Shown here: one piece after another, positions 62,106-64,000 of the stretch
How positions within the stretch are numbered: position 1 is the stretch's first letter
How the letters are laid out: the number at the start of each line of letters is the position of its first letter
Assembly: GCA_963716395.1 (NCBI GenBank)
Contig: OY970309.1
Location: 3,200,001 to 3,264,000 of the forward strand
Direction: 5' to 3'
Source of the DNA: an uncultured Fibrobacteria bacterium
GTDB taxonomy: Bacteria; Fibrobacterota; Fibrobacteria; UBA11236
Length of the DNA: 64,000 nt
Translations under genes and position numbers: made by a program
Notes under the pieces: model-generated
Told to the model about the DNA's origin: nothing
Databases searched by the model: none
The model's input: the letters and a program-made list of their open reading frames with translations, nothing else

Positions 62106-63392
62106 TTAGAACGCGCCCTTTTTCCACTTGGCGCGCGCGCCCATTTCCTCTTCGATGCGGAGCAGTTGGTTGTACTTGCAAACACGATCGGTGCGCGACA
62201 ACGATCCGGTTTTGATCTGTCCTGTGCCCGTAGCCACAGCCAAATCGGCGATGAAGGTGTCTTCGGTTTCGCCCGAGCGATGCGACACGATGGTGCCGAA
62301 CTTCGCCTTCTGCGCCATGGAAATGGCTTCGAAGGTTTCCGACAAGGTGCCGATTTGGTTCACCTTGATGAGAACCGCGTTGGCCGCTTTCTTGTCGATG
62401 CCTTTTTTCAGGATAGCGGGATTGGTGACAAAAATATCATCGCCCACGAGTTGCACTTTCTTGCCCAGGGTGGCGGTCATTTCGACCCAGCCGTCCCAGT
62501 CGTTTTGATCCATGCCGTCTTCGATGGAGTAAATCGGGTACTTGGAGCACAAATCGGCGTAGAGCCGGGTCATTTGCGCGGCGCTCAAGGATTTACCCGT
62601 GCTTTTGTGGAAAACGTAACGGCGCTTTTCTTTGTCGTAAAACTCAGAAGCGGCCACATCAAGTGCGATTTTCAGGTCTTGTCCGGGCCGATAGCCGGCC
62701 GTTTCGATGGCTTTCACCAAGGCATCCAGCGCGTCGTTCACGCTTTTCAGATTGGGTGCGAACCCGCCTTCGTCACCCACCGCCGTGGAAAGGCCGCGCT
62801 TTTTCAAAATGGATTTCAAGGCGTGGAACACTTCTACGGCCATGCGCAGGCCTTCGGAAAAATTCTTGGCGCCCACGGGCGCGATCATGAATTCCTGAAA
62901 GTCGACCGGCGCATCGCTGTGGGCGCCGCCGTTGATGACATTGCACATGGGCACGGGCAAGAGCAGGTTCGTGTTGTGGAAAATGTCGGCGAGATACACA
63001 TACAGCGAAACCTTGCGATCCGCCGCCGCGGCGCGGGCAATGGCCAGCGAGCAGCCGAGCACGGCATTGGCGCCCAGCTTGCCCTTGTTGGGCGTGCCGT
63101 CGGCGTCGATCATGAGTTTATCCAACTCGGCCTGGCAAAAGGGATCTTTGCCGCGCAAGGTCGCAGCCAACACGGTTTTCACGTTTTTCACGGCCCGGGT
63201 TACCGCCTTGCCCAGGTAGCGCGACTTTTCCCCGTCGCGCAACTCGACGGCTTCACGTTCGCCGGTCGAGGCACCCGAAGGCACGGCCGCGCGACCCAAT
63301 ACGCCGTTCTCCAGCACCACATCGACTTCGACGGTGGGATTGCCGCGTGAATCCAAGATCTGACGCGCGTTGACCGATGCAATCGAGTTCAT
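62106..63392 (-). CDS. eno: Enolase
   Basis: 'DSRGNPTVE', 'PSGASTG', 'GDEGGFAP', 'SHRSGETED'. Confidence 0.97.
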   Translation of the reverse strand: MNSIASVNARQILDSRGNPTVEVDVVLENGVLGRAAVPSGASTGEREAVELRDGEKSRYLGKAVTRAVKNVKTVLAATLRGKDPFCQAELDKLMIDADGTPNKGKLGANAVLGCSLAIARAAAADRKVSLYVYLADIFHNTNLLLPVPMCNVINGGAHSDAPVDFQEFMIAPVGAKNFSEGLRMAVEVFHALKSILKKRGLSTAVGDEGGFAPNLKSVNDALDALVKAIETAGYRPGQDLKIALDVAASEFYDKEKRRYVFHKSTGKSLSAAQMTRLYADLCSKYPIYSIEDGMDQNDWDGWVEMTATLGKKVQLVGDDIFVTNPAILKKGIDKKAANAVLIKVNQIGTLSETFEAISMAQKAKFGTIVSHRSGETEDTFIADLAVATGTGQIKTGSLSRTDRVCKYNQLLRIEEEMGARAKWKKGAF

Positions 63393-63447
63393 GTATACCC
63401 TTTCTCGCCGATTCCTGTAAGTCAAAGATAGATATCTTCCCCATCCC

Positions 63448-64000
63448 ATGCGCCGTTTGCTGGGGTGGTTGACGCGTTGGGTGCTGCTGTTGCCGTCGCT
63501 GGATGCGGCCGTGGCCGCGTTGCGCACGGCGCTGCGGCCTTTGCTCAATGCCGTCGGTTGGCAAGCTCTGTTGGGGTCGCAGGCCTTGTGGGCGGCGGTG
63601 GCGGGTTTCGGGTTCCGGGTGTTGTGCACGCGTTGGCGCCGGCAGGATCCCTGGGAATTTCTCGACACCTTGGAGCATGAACTCACCCATGCCGCGTCCG
63701 GGGCCTTGACCCTGGCGCCGCCGGTTTCACTCACCGCTACCGTTCGCAAAGGCGGCGCAGTGGAATTGCGCCGCACCAATCCCGTTGCGGTGCTCGCCCC
63801 CTATTGCCTGCCTTTGTATGCGTTTCTGGCCGCCATCCTCACTTTGTGGCTGCGCACCGGGCTATTGCCTTACGGACGCTGGGCCGTGGGGTTTTTGCTG
63901 GGCGGCTTCGCCTACCGACTGCGCCGGGAATTCCATGGGGGGCAAACCGATTTTCGCACTTACGGATGGATTTTCTCCTTCGTCTTTATCGCGGCGTGGC
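63448..64000 (+). CDS. M50-family membrane metallopeptidase, partial
   Basis: Not in the ORF track. From ATG 63448 it reads ...[16 protein letters not shown]...VLAPYCLP (HExxH plus APY) and is open to the window end. Confidence 0.7.
   Translation, partial: MRRLLGWLTRWVLLLPSLDAAVAALRTALRPLLNAVGWQALLGSQALWAAVAGFGFRVLCTRWRRQDPWEFLDTLEHELTHAASGALTLAPPVSLTATVRKGGAVELRRTNPVAVLAPYCLPLYAFLAAILTLWLRTGLLPYGRWAVGFLLGGFAYRLRREFHGGQTDFRTYGWIFSFVFIAAW

Overview
A GC-rich bacterial chromosomal segment, probably from an aerobic member of Fibrobacterota or a related FCB lineage (inferred from gene style, not a marker gene). In order it holds: a DinB-like gene; a Ser/Thr kinase-penicillin acylase-membrane protein operon; a candidate Pxr-like small RNA (~5410-5490) facing an RRM gene; a complete alternative complex III (actABCDEF, actG-like) plus SCO and caa3-type A2 oxidase cluster with ctaA/ctaB; a ThuA-like secreted protein with two paralogous putative beta-barrels; a His-motif membrane/TPR gene; and a large Ig-repeat lipoprotein. 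An AT-richer island at ~36.2-45.5 kb looks like an undescribed polymorphic toxin system: one full-length toxin-like gene, ~1.53-1.56 kb tandem C-terminal cassettes, four MORN/YwqK-type immunity genes that are mosaics of two N-terminal and two central alleles, an orphan toxin tip with two unrelated genes, and a repeated hairpin at the junctions. After the island come a sigma54-type guanidine carboxylase pathway (atzF, ABC transporter, cgdAB, uca), GH16, tkt, ftsH, gmk, eno and a partial M50 peptidase. Frameshifts cluster at 27-31 kb and 35-42.6 kb and probably reflect long-read or polishing errors. All calls are from reading the sequence and recalled family motifs; no searches were run.
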